From the IMG/VR virus record IMGVR_UViG_3300025168_000001: DNA of 64,000 nt; one strand, given 5' to 3'. This DNA comes from a virus. Made by a program: the position numbers and the translations under genes. Under the pieces are notes generated by a model. It did not search any database, had not been told where the DNA came from, and was given only the letters and a program-made list of their open reading frames with translations. Of this stretch, positions 39,201 through 45,900 are shown piece after piece (the stretch's first letter is position 1; every line of letters begins with the position of its first letter).

Positions 39201-39828
39201 GTCTTTCTGCTATACCTTTTTCAGTTTCTTGAAGTTCAAGTTTATTCTTTTTAATTTCACTTTGTAACTCAGCAGCTTGTTTCTCTATTTCAGATAATCT
39301 TTTAGCATCTTGCTGATCTTTTTCAAAGCCCTTTATTAAATTCTCCTGCTTCTGTAATTCACTTTTTTCTTTTAATATATCCTTTAACTCTAGTTCGTCA
39401 GTAAGAATATTATATTTTATAGCATCACCATGAATCCTATCTGCAGAATTCCATATTTGATTCCAAGTATTTCTTGGGTCAGATTGCTGTTCAAAAAGAT
39501 TTGCATATCCTGGAGTTCCCTTAGGGGCTATGTATGTAGGAGTGTTATCTGCTATATAAGGAGACGTTAATATGGCATCAAGATTTTCATCGTTTTGCCT
39601 ATTTCGTAATATTTTTATAGTCTCATCGTCAGCAGTGTCGTAAATATTTTTTATATCTTTAAGACCTTTATTATCTATTTTATAAAGATTATCCATTCTA
39701 TCATCATAATCATTTTGAATTATAGGATTATCTTGTAAAAATTCACGATTAGTTTCGCTCTGGTTAACTTCCATGTTTTCCATAGCCTCATCGTATTTAT
39801 CGATAGGTCTGTACTGTTTTTTAGACAT
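27295..39828 (-). CDS. giant polyvalent protein (4177 aa) with beta-prime-like DPBB RNA polymerase loop and two HExxH motifs
   Basis: 12.5-kb ORF. YRIPNQAMSSIDSFDIVGFLPKSVGDTVIVYDEFTAKTGADFDIDKLYIMLP (DFDID at 31036-31050, residues 2927-2931) parallels the RNAP beta-prime block NRAPTLHRLGIQAF...[28 protein letters not shown]. HEAYH at 35404-35418 (res 1471-1475); HETIH at 27883-27897 (res 3978-3982). Gly-rich hydrophobic N-terminal segments. Confidence 0.85.
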   Translation of the reverse strand: MSKKQYRPIDKYDEAMENMEVNQSETNREFLQDNPIIQNDYDDRMDNLYKIDNKGLKDIKNIYDTADDETIKILRNRQNDENLDAILTSPYIADNTPTYIAPKGTPGYANLFEQQSDPRNTWNQIWNSADRIHGDAIKYNILTDELELKDILKEKSELQKQENLIKGFEKDQQDAKRLSEIEKQAAELQSEIKKNKLELQETEKGIAERPVDAMFSAEGRRLMDEESSDFTDYWMSGEMGEDIGGAMSDFKMLSMALATGYGSNKLAKYAKRLPGAWGKVIPPVVTLGGMLAGGGFAYKMRQHESDAEAYGAYEQRVKDLEARHLLTTGQPPTAKQKESIQGEAIKGMKSMHQQNMNLLAGDFAQVSMMFVPWGKVMSPFVAAGSKIPGVAAAGSKLSTGMNKLPKWAWNPRNANRLRTMGRAVPIMGANGFWEGFEEGYQYTLADDYKQGKYDEYDPGFFENLPPSFDATVGSVPGVYNTLVGNPVRGLFGFTEHRDNNRTDSKEFRNAVRAGGLLGLFMGGGISLAQNALDFAENKTVKAKYQEEYNLINDNLDKYYDSQQRSDRADILYNVFEKDGGKRLTRALRSHEEYTQQEGLTDKSDMVEYGKVNKEVADLKSYYDLLQGDKYKNLTKEDKVDALKAFSHMRHVSETNISEAAIAEKEASRIAKKARKSFPSDEQFNLWQLAMNVMSLKAIGASHKKVKPGKEKYGSAAYTKFVNSSFIKANNKLLKEAEAELKAKMKELGVKTIPEISENKTYTDALVRKNGGLMGAAIIAPQLMDMQDANKAFKIKKNPFYMDMKAWKKATDAYNKRKTKEINDYLNSTKAKDQNINEGDIVWARSGNLKGKYVRKFGINGIENKDGFHPLDAEDFASMERRILDKDKVKDIVSNSNKQRTSTKVEKNKDSQDTQPVVDASNTQDDTKKQLKEDKLVLKQRSDQDLSTPVSFSAQNEDFSYKHHPNIQAGKEDDAVNKFVNSRSREDLKNLIVQIIDINTEGAPSNINELISRKEPIDENVDLRTANAKSQFGRNVKVKIKLIDPKTNQSVETYLYNIVSTSEIEESDNIVTTFKNILNARILNNGPLYGSVSYVDFGKFNNIPGQQGKISKLFGNNKPHLAINDGKGITDGINPYFTVTEDGVGRGRLYAIFTDPVDNTTIPVKLNNRNLTKEETNELFEIVEKFLNSTTQDPFTFTSLYKDTGLTVSQYMNLLTFVNDNTDLADDQFDLNAASATTFGFNPSTSTRSAHFQFGNLTINKNMLDQERSKARTAFMNHVSKFKKRHAHAAGINSSIFDIPFIASTGVTEFTFLGKVYKKGVNDNYNSDFVEADRVLTTDLEVLSNGRIQKDRRLVIDIYEFTGKPSVLKNEDKINELPEDLKGVDTTPVNDEEFNPDMFDQPMEIILEPSPTELLNPKEARAYLDKVLGTAVPVRVKDKLVKLGSNGMEVYAAFTKGVIELSKMAPKGAEYHEAYHAVETSYLTSSEIAALNAETRLKHGKPTDATISEIQKKYPTWELTKNTAESIALSEIRAEEYRMYETAIQDDRITFKNLGAKLKRWFNELIDYLVPMFSTTTAAKIYSRISRGHYRKNSNKILSLSINNLSQSIEETALEEAGFSISDRNAIATSLIYALVTNKGLKNIKNLTDIKITDNILKGYLNYIQKIRKEAGNQSVANNLEIIKDNIKYFFDAETNKGLVPDILSQYKIKLETDEDTKGNKDVSQAMSSHFEYSGKDNASTNTKILLSFLAKRNKRGEEIVDARTGLTEIERFSTVWNTIEKSLADITSYAEYNSQNELVVYNAYDLMMKSLERLSELVPTFTGLSSKIKNLEENDQIRFFNAFSKASMNFVTGITDKWSYQLQEEGGELMNIEQSNTRFIDPAVQGRKFAIRKEWLEGLKNKKFFILKEEEENLDVNTPVLETILKSWDIMKKGYMSELKRMNRDMDLKVSEEYKSELISNLKVSGISLSTMGLDVLLKAEATEAESLKTLFLGKERNFGLQDVYVRTTKSKKTGRNPYDFSSIKVRSENVNAPMDLNFSENNPFSWANSAINMLAEAEALVNNSMGQSNILGPKGKSYWLYSLNNYLSKFSNKLNASTYEGEQLLNDRWSKSSSWLKSILAGNAIKVRTFNNLKLSNSKDEGTSNTELTPSQEHAFRINSTLDGIARQKGLLSPPTMADKSIWNLIEGMSVYDVFENSDTGFELKPDGTIRLGDNISRKIALYAASEISRVQAVTEELFGKNKLNDTELTNYYHYNGNNEDNTRNRDSANGLKFILFPSLTSKFLKEAGIMSEDGLFLDNWNSDLVLDKLTKFVKPILMNRIQDEISFALENGVIIRTKPTEDTIIYKNNSISTKILKAHKEKYGQKGGKFKEHYGIGLAIANYSINNLISNIETTKLYSQDPAFYKNLDDLSKRFPELIAPGQDLKIIKGHETYTAAIIEDQILPKAKYYDNYLKFLIEKKGLSRDEAKKILKPYLNINVTDAQAYITLPRWRSLMRMLGKWDKKYDATYFRVLNGEIVDDTNFDMILAQPLKGMHFETRKGKTADNGKTTLHIPTYLKYSQAVLIPSVVKGTELSKLLEAMNTQHVDEVVFESGIKVGALSPSNIMQNQETGELSNNIVLNPFILKNEFWKLQQDLKPHLESESLEGSQVKKNIIGNIDLEAMYKVPTRIANGEQQYKEISGYELVKELHAIDRSLSDLEKDAMVNEWGVSTETVDMLTGQVKYHIEDYTKLHSILYNAFKAKKNTPKKLLESLALNESGTGFAIDISSHPFMRDIESMLGAMITDRLVKLKMPGGSFIQQSNFGMQRMKKFSDLPQKVKIELNKQINERGLGAVYNSKDGTVRAQIFLPSWFKEKHVPGHEQMSNKEIAKYIKDKRLLTAVGYRIPNQAMSSIDSFDIVGFLPKSVGDTVIVYDEFTAKTGADFDIDKLYIMLPSYAESKKGLYYVNYDGTKTIEENRQTRGNRVELFKKSLRNRKLELYQSILTSNNTFDQLINPLDSMATKEDAALVRYLKVKSTLLPSQIEEIEAARETEDFYSTVSSVLASRNDLEFFSPVYQMRTKETFLGGKFGVGQEARHLVDHAISQWALENVESSLFLKGKDIGLGRLTPQTMVTDLSSITDTAGGLISNTMSARLDAYVDIAKDPYIFYLNNNKTTANTVALLDRAGVDPRWTNRFMGLRVLSDYVKTQDFINSPGSPGVNINGKRVFKAEQVLRNRLLTKYSALTGTPIADIKIVNLLKEDSRIRMYSRRNNIPLEDAVALNAKSPIRISDIITTERLESLLDSSQTPTANRTYDELLLLNLFLNLKGTASELNKAVTASKADTQGAAGGVVGAIIGQNNIEAVLETDVIGGFSERFDGTMLGKYQENGPNMMLSLFGNTFLAGNANFKGIMKDLSELVGNEKVLQNEDLYRKVYAGFISYLFSKTPFYKGIDVTDILYSKNNVVNRLWRYKNEDNSPIKDNPFVQYLSPEFSNTKRGHDYIITSASEKKEGVDKDSLTEGWNALLSSEDAAVRKFAEDLYKFSILSSGFSNTLFSFHELAPLQYELDNGVYDQFGQQVLDIKTHGNIIFDETELKKFLKTQTSNTELVPEYFAKSPKVIKIPGSKISYVYNIVLPSNSARKFITREPKEGFKHFVPFIEVNVKGKQVVLMEHIGYNEKGDAIYQLTERTGTYKKGRKIFENAENRTELKENQIVNVFNDKVINNWLGVLRQNNKLVALASIAAKLNKGGKFIPLDAAQLDYDSQSEFSNTLNNEEDFTSTISEEQDLHTILTPNYKLEESFPVVIQTSKGPRIVGIFKTIAEAINEGIEPEVAIKAALKYNLELQEYIAGISEESVSYDKEVGNYIGYAAAWNKFIGLAARGEGQQIFFEQQKINQMDYFLDSRPLTVLLQQFERQLPVKSAYSPIINMMQELTRDTHTEIVYTSADVIKKSRAESSVAFYDLNANRVFMPLKINTIKGYSKTETEAMVLLHETIHNMTAQSLHKPWNSKTTTEKMFQVRVQKLLDLYIEKTKLKDMPEQLQTAVEKYIKINENLLSGEKKYFNYGAYAEEMNNVFDEFLAYGLTFKKVMKQLENIQIQEEGPLFEGTMLSNLIKSIIDLFTSLMDKVIGTNAKELLEITFTDFIKNGVSLDKSIEDIYKEIGNFALPSNENLKFYNRLSKEVKTRAKKKC

Positions 39829-39830
39829 AT

Positions 39831-42800
39831 TTATTCGCCTTTAGATTGTGTACTATTTTTTAAAATAACATGATAATGATCCCCGTGTAGTTGTATAGAT
39901 CTTATCGCTCCTCTAACTGTAGGATCTTGACTATCAAATGCTTGTTTAATTTGTCTACCTGAGCTTAAATCAAGATCAAGCGCATTACCGTCTAGATGAG
40001 GACTATCCTGATGCCCTTTTACTATTTTATTATAAGCGGGTAGTCTAAACATACTAGTCACTGTTATATTCATGTTGTTTGCAGAAGCAAAAGTATTTAA
40101 AGAATTTAAAGATCCTTGTGCCCCTGGGTTAAGGTATGCACCATTTACTCCATTATTACCGTCTTTTAACGTTATATTTGAATACTCTGTATCATTAATA
40201 GGAGTGTAGCCCTCAATAGTTGCTTGTCTATCAGTAGCAGTTCTTAATAAATCAAAATCTGTTACCCGACCATTTTCAATACCTATATTATTATTACTAT
40301 TTGAAGCATCTAAACTATTATCTAACCTAGTAAAATCACTTACTATAACTCTAGAAGATTCTCTTAATTCAGAGTCTGTATAATCCTTAACTAAAGCATT
40401 ATGCATTTGTGGATTAATCAATGAATTCATTCTTATAACTCTCCCAGCTTTTTGATTAAGATCAGCTCTTAATTTAATTAAATCTTTACCGCCATACTCT
40501 TTATTCATAAAGGCCGTAAGAGCACCTGCATTACCATTTGTCTCGTTTAATCTTGTTAACCATTCTATCTCATCAGAAATATAATTTGATAATTCTCCAT
40601 GTAAAGCAGGATCAATATCTTTAAGCCTATCTAACTGAGACACAATACCTGTATTCTCATTGGCAATAACATTGTCAAACAATAACTGTCGACTGTTTAC
40701 CATATCAGGAGTATTGAAAGCACCGCTTACTTCTGCTCCAGGTATATTGTTTCCTACATATCCTTCTATCATATATCTATTAGAAGTATTTCTACCCTTC
40801 CTTCCTCTTTCAAGCTCATTAGTTGAGGATATTATATTTAAACTCTTATTTAAATTTTGATCCCATTGATCACCATATTGAGCCGATTTATCTGTTCCCA
40901 TTTTCATAATACCATCATCATATCTCGCACGAGCTTGTCCTCCTACTGGGTTACGTAAAACCATAGATATACCATATACAGGTACCTGAGTTGCTTTACC
41001 ATTAGGATCTGTAGATTTAACACTGTGAGTTGTTTTTTGAATTATATTCTTTTCTGTCAATTGTTCGATCCAAAGATTACTTCCGTCAAAATCCCAGAAT
41101 CTATCATCCTCTTCTATAGTTTCAAAAGTTCTATCTTCTTCAGGTATAGTATTTATAATATTATCTAACTCTTGTTCTGTAAAATAAGCAGTTCCATATG
41201 TGAGCATTTGGTTTGTTCCTTCTTCTCCATTAAGACCTGGGACATATTCTAAGAAAGTATTATTACCACTTAATGGGACAAACTCATAATCTGCTCCTTT
41301 AAATCCAGGGGCTTCAAGAACTTTTGTAAAGTTTTCGTATGCTATTCTGTCCTCATCACTTAAGTCGTTTAAATATTTTTCATTTGCTTTATAGATATTA
41401 CGAGCTTCAGTACCAAATGGATCATATATACCACTATTTTGTAATTGTATTAATTGCTTACTTTGTTGAGCACTTAGCCCTTCTCCTGTCAAATAAGGTC
41501 CCATAAGTTCAGTACTTGATGAGATATTCTGATTCAACTTACTTAACATTTTTTGTTTTAAATCTTCAGTTAATAGTATAGGTTTAGCATTTTGCACAGC
41601 AGACTTATCTAATCCTCCTTTACTGTTTTTCAATTTAGCCAACTCTTCTGCAGGTAAAAGTTCCATTAAGTTTTGATCAAGGTATAAGGCAGGCTCTATA
41701 TATTCTCCTGGCTGTATAGCTACAACTCTGTTTTTTACACTTGTAAGATCAGATATACTTTGTATTTCTTCACCCATATTATCAAAACTTACATTTGCAC
41801 CTTCGTAAAACTCTTTAAGAAGTTGATATTGATGTGATTGAATCTGTCTGTCTATTGCAGAACCTTCCTCATCAGTATTTACCCATTCTCCTTTATTATC
41901 AGATGTCCACATAGAAGCGTCTGGAGAAACAAAATAAGGAAGATTTCCTTGGAAGCTAGGAGAAACATATAATCTATTATCATCAGGAGCTACTCCCGTA
42001 CCATTAACAGCTGTTGAATTAGGTACAAGTGTACCTTCATTACCTGTTAAGGTTATTAATTCTGATGAACTTAAATCAGTTCCATCAGGAGTACTAGCCC
42101 TATTAATAACTTTGTTATAATAACTACTTGGTGTAGTTACATCTGTATTATTGCCGTTGTTATTCTTTCCATTATTCTTTCCATTATTAAACTCTACACC
42201 AAATCTTTCCATACCTGTGTTATACAACATATCATAAGATTTCTCTTGCATCCTCTTCATAGCGGCTGGATCTCCATTAGCTGCTTTTATAAAATCATCT
42301 TTAATATTCTTTTCACCATAATGATAAATTAAACTAGAATATTGCTCTTGCCAAGATTCAGAACCAAACGCTGCTTTATTTGCAATTCCTTGTTGTGTTC
42401 TTTGATGATCAGGCATATTGTTAAAGAAAGATTCTTCGAAAGCTTTAGCTTTACTTCTGTCCCCTCCTTCAGCATAGTCAAACTCTCTATTAGTTCCTTG
42501 AACTGTAAGATTTCCGTCTGCATCGAATTGATCAAGAGTAGGACCCACATTACCTATATTAGGATCATTTGCAGGATTATACTGGTTATTTTTCTTGAGC
42601 TCCATTATATTTTGTTGCTCAGCTACCCATCTATCATAATTGAATTGTACATCTTGAATGTCTTTAGAAGGTATAGCACCTTGTATATCTCTTTTTATAA
42701 GGCCTTCAGCGTTACTTAAATCAGGCATTTGAGAATATTTAGTATAAATATCTTGTATATTACTTTTCCAACCATTTACAGTTCCTTCATCGTCAGGCTT

Positions 42801-42962
42801 ATAATTCATCTGCATCATTTCATCGTAAGAAGTTTGTAAAGTTTCTAATGATTTATCATGTCGCTTATCTTTATACTCTTTAGCTCTGAATAACTCATCA
42901 AATGGTAATTCAAAGCCGTAATCTACTGTAGGAGTTGCTGTTGTTTTATAATATCTTGACAT
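39831..42962 (-). CDS. large virion protein (1043 aa) with C-terminal M15/LAS-type peptidoglycan peptidase
   Basis: The C-terminus has SPHLDGNALD (H-x6-D, 39975-39998) and GDHYH (HxH, 39870-39878), the zinc ligand pattern of VanY/M15 DD- or LD-peptidases. An N-rich linker NGKNNGKNNNGNN is present. Confidence 0.8.
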   Translation of the reverse strand: MSRYYKTTATPTVDYGFELPFDELFRAKEYKDKRHDKSLETLQTSYDEMMQMNYKPDDEGTVNGWKSNIQDIYTKYSQMPDLSNAEGLIKRDIQGAIPSKDIQDVQFNYDRWVAEQQNIMELKKNNQYNPANDPNIGNVGPTLDQFDADGNLTVQGTNREFDYAEGGDRSKAKAFEESFFNNMPDHQRTQQGIANKAAFGSESWQEQYSSLIYHYGEKNIKDDFIKAANGDPAAMKRMQEKSYDMLYNTGMERFGVEFNNGKNNGKNNNGNNTDVTTPSSYYNKVINRASTPDGTDLSSSELITLTGNEGTLVPNSTAVNGTGVAPDDNRLYVSPSFQGNLPYFVSPDASMWTSDNKGEWVNTDEEGSAIDRQIQSHQYQLLKEFYEGANVSFDNMGEEIQSISDLTSVKNRVVAIQPGEYIEPALYLDQNLMELLPAEELAKLKNSKGGLDKSAVQNAKPILLTEDLKQKMLSKLNQNISSSTELMGPYLTGEGLSAQQSKQLIQLQNSGIYDPFGTEARNIYKANEKYLNDLSDEDRIAYENFTKVLEAPGFKGADYEFVPLSGNNTFLEYVPGLNGEEGTNQMLTYGTAYFTEQELDNIINTIPEEDRTFETIEEDDRFWDFDGSNLWIEQLTEKNIIQKTTHSVKSTDPNGKATQVPVYGISMVLRNPVGGQARARYDDGIMKMGTDKSAQYGDQWDQNLNKSLNIISSTNELERGRKGRNTSNRYMIEGYVGNNIPGAEVSGAFNTPDMVNSRQLLFDNVIANENTGIVSQLDRLKDIDPALHGELSNYISDEIEWLTRLNETNGNAGALTAFMNKEYGGKDLIKLRADLNQKAGRVIRMNSLINPQMHNALVKDYTDSELRESSRVIVSDFTRLDNSLDASNSNNNIGIENGRVTDFDLLRTATDRQATIEGYTPINDTEYSNITLKDGNNGVNGAYLNPGAQGSLNSLNTFASANNMNITVTSMFRLPAYNKIVKGHQDSPHLDGNALDLDLSSGRQIKQAFDSQDPTVRGAIRSIQLHGDHYHVILKNSTQSKGE

Positions 42963-42964
42963 AT

Positions 42965-45900
42965 CTATTTTCTATTTTTCATAAAAGTTTGGAACTCAGA
43001 AATTCTTTGATCCGCTAAATTACGATTATTCTTTCTATTTCTGTCCTTTTCGCTCATAAAATAGTTAACTAATCCTCCATGTTTTTCTACTGGTGTAGGC
43101 GTTGCGTACTCAATGGCTTTCTCTACATTTCCAGTTTTACTAGCTTCATCATAGTTAGATGCTAAAGGAACTTTATTAAACATAGCTCCTTGTCCACCTT
43201 TATTGTTATGCGTAGTTTTAGAACCTGCAGAATTAAATAAAGTTGTAAAAGGTTCCATAAAACTCATTGAATACTCTTCTCCGTTTCCTTGATTTTCTGT
43301 ATAATTATCCATCATAAAGTCCTTCATCATATTAGTTTTTTTACTAGAGTTAGGTATAAATGCCTCCGATGATTCAGTGTTTTCTGGTGCCATTTCAAAA
43401 TTAGGCTGCATAAATATAGTATCGCTAACACTAGGATTTAGTGTATTTAGCATATTATTTATCTGCCTTTTTTTCATACCTGCCCCATTTTTACCATACA
43501 TATCGTGATAATCTTGTCTTACGTTATCTGAAATAGGTTCTTGATGTGGATGAACATGATCTCCCTCATCATATCTCTTAACTTTAGTTCCATATCTATA
43601 TGGATTCTTTTTAACTTTAGTTCCATACATCATCTTAGCAATAGGTCCCCCATACTTTTGTACTTCTGGGTTATACATAGATATAGCATCTTCTATTGTC
43701 ATTCCTTCATTAGCAGCTAACCATGCATCTTTTTGAGTTTTATTCCATGTTGAAGGATCTAAGTCTTCACCTCCTTGAAAAGTAGTAGTACTTTCCATTG
43801 TTTTAGAGTCAGGATTTAAAGGTATTTGATAAGTACCAGATCCTTTTCCTGTTAATAATCCACTAGTATATCCGTCTTCACCATCTGCGGCTGACGGATT
43901 ATATTGTCCAGTAGATATTAAATGTCTTAAATAATCTTCTCCATACCAATCTGCAGTAGTCTTAACGTTCTTACCTACAGCATTATCCCTACCAGGAAAC
44001 TGCATTTGCCAATCAGCTCCAGCATCTTCTGGTCTTGCATTTACACCTATGTCATCAGAGTAAGTATTTGTGTTACCTTGTTTCCCTCCTTGCGTCAATC
44101 TACTTAATTTTTTACCAGTTGGATCTTTATGTATGTTTAACCACTCTTGATAGTAACCAGTATTTAAACTTCCATCGTCATTAATAGGAGAATAATCTCC
44201 ACTAAATTCTTTTAACCCTCCTACTTTGTTTTCTGTTTTAAAGTATCCTGAAGGTTGGTATTCAGTATTAGTTACTACATCACTTTTATTTTCCCCAGGA
44301 TCTCCATCTGTATTAGTAATTACTTCTGTATTATCAGTAGGAACCTCTGTATTATCAGCAGGAACTGTATTGTCTATTATTTCTCCTTCAGGGATTTCTC
44401 CTTCAGGGACTCCTTTTGATCCATCACCACACTTTCCTCCAGGACATAGTTCCCACTCTCCTGTTGGGGTTTGATGATAATTATTAGTAACATTATTAGT
44501 AGTTGAATTGTTATTAGGAACTAATTGTCCATTAGGTCCAAATTGGAATCCTCCTGAACTATTAAGAGCGTTACCTTGTAGCAAACTTGCAAAGCCTTTG
44601 TTTTTGTTTTTAGCAAGCTCCATCATATTCTTAGCAATGTTTTGTTTATCGGCTCCTAGCTGAGTGTAGTACCCACTTAAATCATTTTGGTCATTGCCTC
44701 TAACTGTCCAATCTCCTTTAGCTTCTAATTTATCGCTTTCAAATTCAGCATCGGCTAAATCACCCTGCTTATCAAGATTCATCATACCGTATTTAATATC
44801 AGAATCTATAGAGTTCTCTGCATATGTATTAAATGCATTTTGATCTCTCGCATTTAAATTACCAAAAGAAGAAGCAGTATTTCTATTACCTCTTAATTGT
44901 GTATTTAAATCCTGACGTAAATCACGTTTAGTATTCTTTTTAGATGCATCTATAATGTCCAAGTTATTATTTAATCTATCTTCACGTCTTTTTCCAACTC
45001 CTTCTGAGAAATTTTCATTTGGAAGACTTTGATACTCGTCCCAAAATTTCTTAGTATTTCCTATACCTGCTTGGGCTCCATAAATTAATCCAGCATCTCC
45101 TAACCAGTCATAAGGACTTTTTCCAAATCCTTGCGCGTAAAAAGATTGAAAACCAGGACTTGTTACACTTTGATGATTCCATCCCTGACTACCTCCAGGT
45201 ATCTCTCCATCAACTACTTGATTATTAACATTGTTTACAACTTTGTCTTTGTTTTCATCTACTACTGTAACAGTCTCATCATCACCTGTTACAGTAGCAT
45301 TCGTAATCATCTCATCAGTAACTTCTACATCATCACCTTTACTATTAGAAGTTTCTGTATTATCATTTTTGGAAGGAGCATTGTTTTTATTTTTATTATA
45401 TTTAAAACCGTCACCTTTATTAAATAGATCTGTAGCATTAGAAGGTACTACATTATTTATATCTTTAGCACTAACATCTGTAACATCTGCTGATTCTATA
45501 GGCTGATCTGAGTTTAAAGGATCTCCTCCTGCGTCTACAGGAGCAGTTAAAGCATTGTTTCTATTATTTATTATTTCATTATTTCTTGTCTCAGCATCAA
45601 TCTCTGCTACTTCAGGTGCATCATCATTCCATCCATCACCATTCCAAGTATCTCCATTACTTTTACTTTTAGTTCCTTTTTCAGGCACTAAGTCTCCTGC
45701 ATCGTTATATATTAAAGAGTCTTCAGGAACGTCATACCGCTGTGCCGCAGCTTTCTTATTATCAGCTATTTGCGCAGCTCTGTTATCCATACTAACTTGT
45801 AAATCTTCAGGTATTTTAGACCCTTGAATATCTACAGCCTCCTCATCTACTGGTATACTTTCAACAGACTTAGGAGGTATACTTACAGGTGTTTCTGGTT

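Noticed and set aside
44325-44410. Short tandem DNA repeats (21-nt x2, 15-nt x2) as a CRISPR or VNTR locus
   Set aside because: They are in frame within the 1888-aa ORF and encode the peptide repeats PADNTEVPTDNTEV and PEGEIPEGEI. There is no spacer-repeat architecture.
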